Shown here one piece after another: positions 63,308-64,000 of a stretch of DNA of 64,000 bases. The position numbers and the translations under genes were made by a program. Origin of the DNA: Ignavibacteriota bacterium (GTDB lineage: Bacteria; Bacteroidota; Ignavibacteria; Palsa-1295); NCBI GenBank assembly GCA_963787835.1, contig CAWBEI010000006.1, forward strand, positions 32,001 through 96,000, given 5' to 3'. The notes below the pieces were generated by a model. That model was given only the letters and a program-made list of their open reading frames with translations. It was not told the DNA's origin and did not search any database. The stretch's first letter is position 1. Each line of letters starts with the position of its first letter.

Positions 63308-63874
63308 ATGGCAACTACGAATGATTTTCGGGTAGGCGCAGTGCTCCGTATGGACGGCGAACTTTACCAGATCGAAGAATATGTGCACCGTACACCCGGC
63401 AACTTGCGCGCCTTTGTGCAAGCTAAAATGCGCAACATGAAAACACTCAACCTCAAGGAAGTACGCTTCCGATCAGGGGAAGAGGTAGAGATGATCCGGA
63501 TGGAGAAAAAGCCGATGCAATTTCTCTATCGCGATGGCACCGATTTCGTCTTTATGGATAACGAAACCTACGAGCAGATCAATGTGCCGGAAAAGCAGGT
63601 TGGTTTGGGAGCGAAATTCTTGAAGGAATCCGACAATTGCGATATTCTATTCGCAGAAGATGGCACGATTGTTACGATCGAGCCGCCCAACTTTGCTATT
63701 CTCCAAATTTCAAGAACAGATCCGGGACTCAAGGGCGATACCGCGACGGGCGCTACAAAACCAGCTACGCTCGAGACCGGCGCAATCATCAATGTGCCAC
63801 TGTTTCTTAATGAGGGCGATAAAGTCCGTGTCGATACGAGAACAGGAATGTATTTGGATCGTGTAAAAGCATAA
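63308..63874 (+). CDS. efp: Translation elongation factor P
   Basis: HRTPGNLRAFV, FMDNETYEQ, PGLKGDTA, KPATLETG and VPLF motifs. Confidence 0.97.
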   Translation: MATTNDFRVGAVLRMDGELYQIEEYVHRTPGNLRAFVQAKMRNMKTLNLKEVRFRSGEEVEMIRMEKKPMQFLYRDGTDFVFMDNETYEQINVPEKQVGLGAKFLKESDNCDILFAEDGTIVTIEPPNFAILQISRTDPGLKGDTATGATKPATLETGAIINVPLFLNEGDKVRVDTRTGMYLDRVKA

Positions 63875-63880
63875 AATAAG

Positions 63881-64000
63881 ATGGATCTATCTTACTTAGA
63901 ACAACTCATAAAACTCTTCGAATCGAGCACCCTGACCGAGCTTGAGATCGACGAGGAAGGCTCGCGCGTTACTTTAGGGCGCGCGAAGGAGCAGCAGGCG
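63881..64000 (+). CDS. accB: Acetyl-CoA carboxylase biotin carboxyl carrier protein (5' part)
   Basis: MDLSYLEQLIKLFESSTLTELEIDEEG matches the AccB N-terminus; conserved efp-accB order. Confidence 0.85.
   Translation, partial: MDLSYLEQLIKLFESSTLTELEIDEEGSRVTLGRAKEQQA

Overview
Mostly core chromosome of a Gram-negative FCB-group bacterium. The lineage is an inference, probably Bacteroidota/Chlorobi-related such as Kapabacteria, based on at least six proteins with type IX secretion (T9SS)-like C-terminal domains, a mitochondrial-type aconitase and the efp-accB order. Housekeeping genes include eno, acn, aspA, ddl, leuS, lexA, nadB, speB, hemH-hisN-hemG/Y-hemB-hemL, two acyl-CoA dehydrogenases, an acyl-CoA carboxylase beta subunit, efp and accB. 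Several conserved genes carry single-base indels, most likely long-read assembly errors, so every pseudogene or recoding call here is provisional. The most unusual parts are: (1) a small accessory island at the 5' end of acn, with a ~93-bp direct repeat around a DUF2283 gene and two overlapping HEPN-like paralogues, one with RxxxxH and one without; (2) an ITS-type tRNA-Ile/tRNA-Ala pair with no flanking rRNA, separated by a degenerate four-helix-bundle (rRNA-IVS-type) gene and bracketed by inverted 7-bp repeat arrays; (3) a candidate structured sRNA next to these tRNAs; (4) a candidate novel palindromic LexA box; (5) a multicopper oxidase carrying both a Tat signal and a T9SS C-terminal domain; (6) an ECF sigma factor with a possibly envelope-spanning anti-sigma; (7) an apparent ATT start for nadB, an in-frame TAG in hemG/Y, and an Asn-tipped EF-P.
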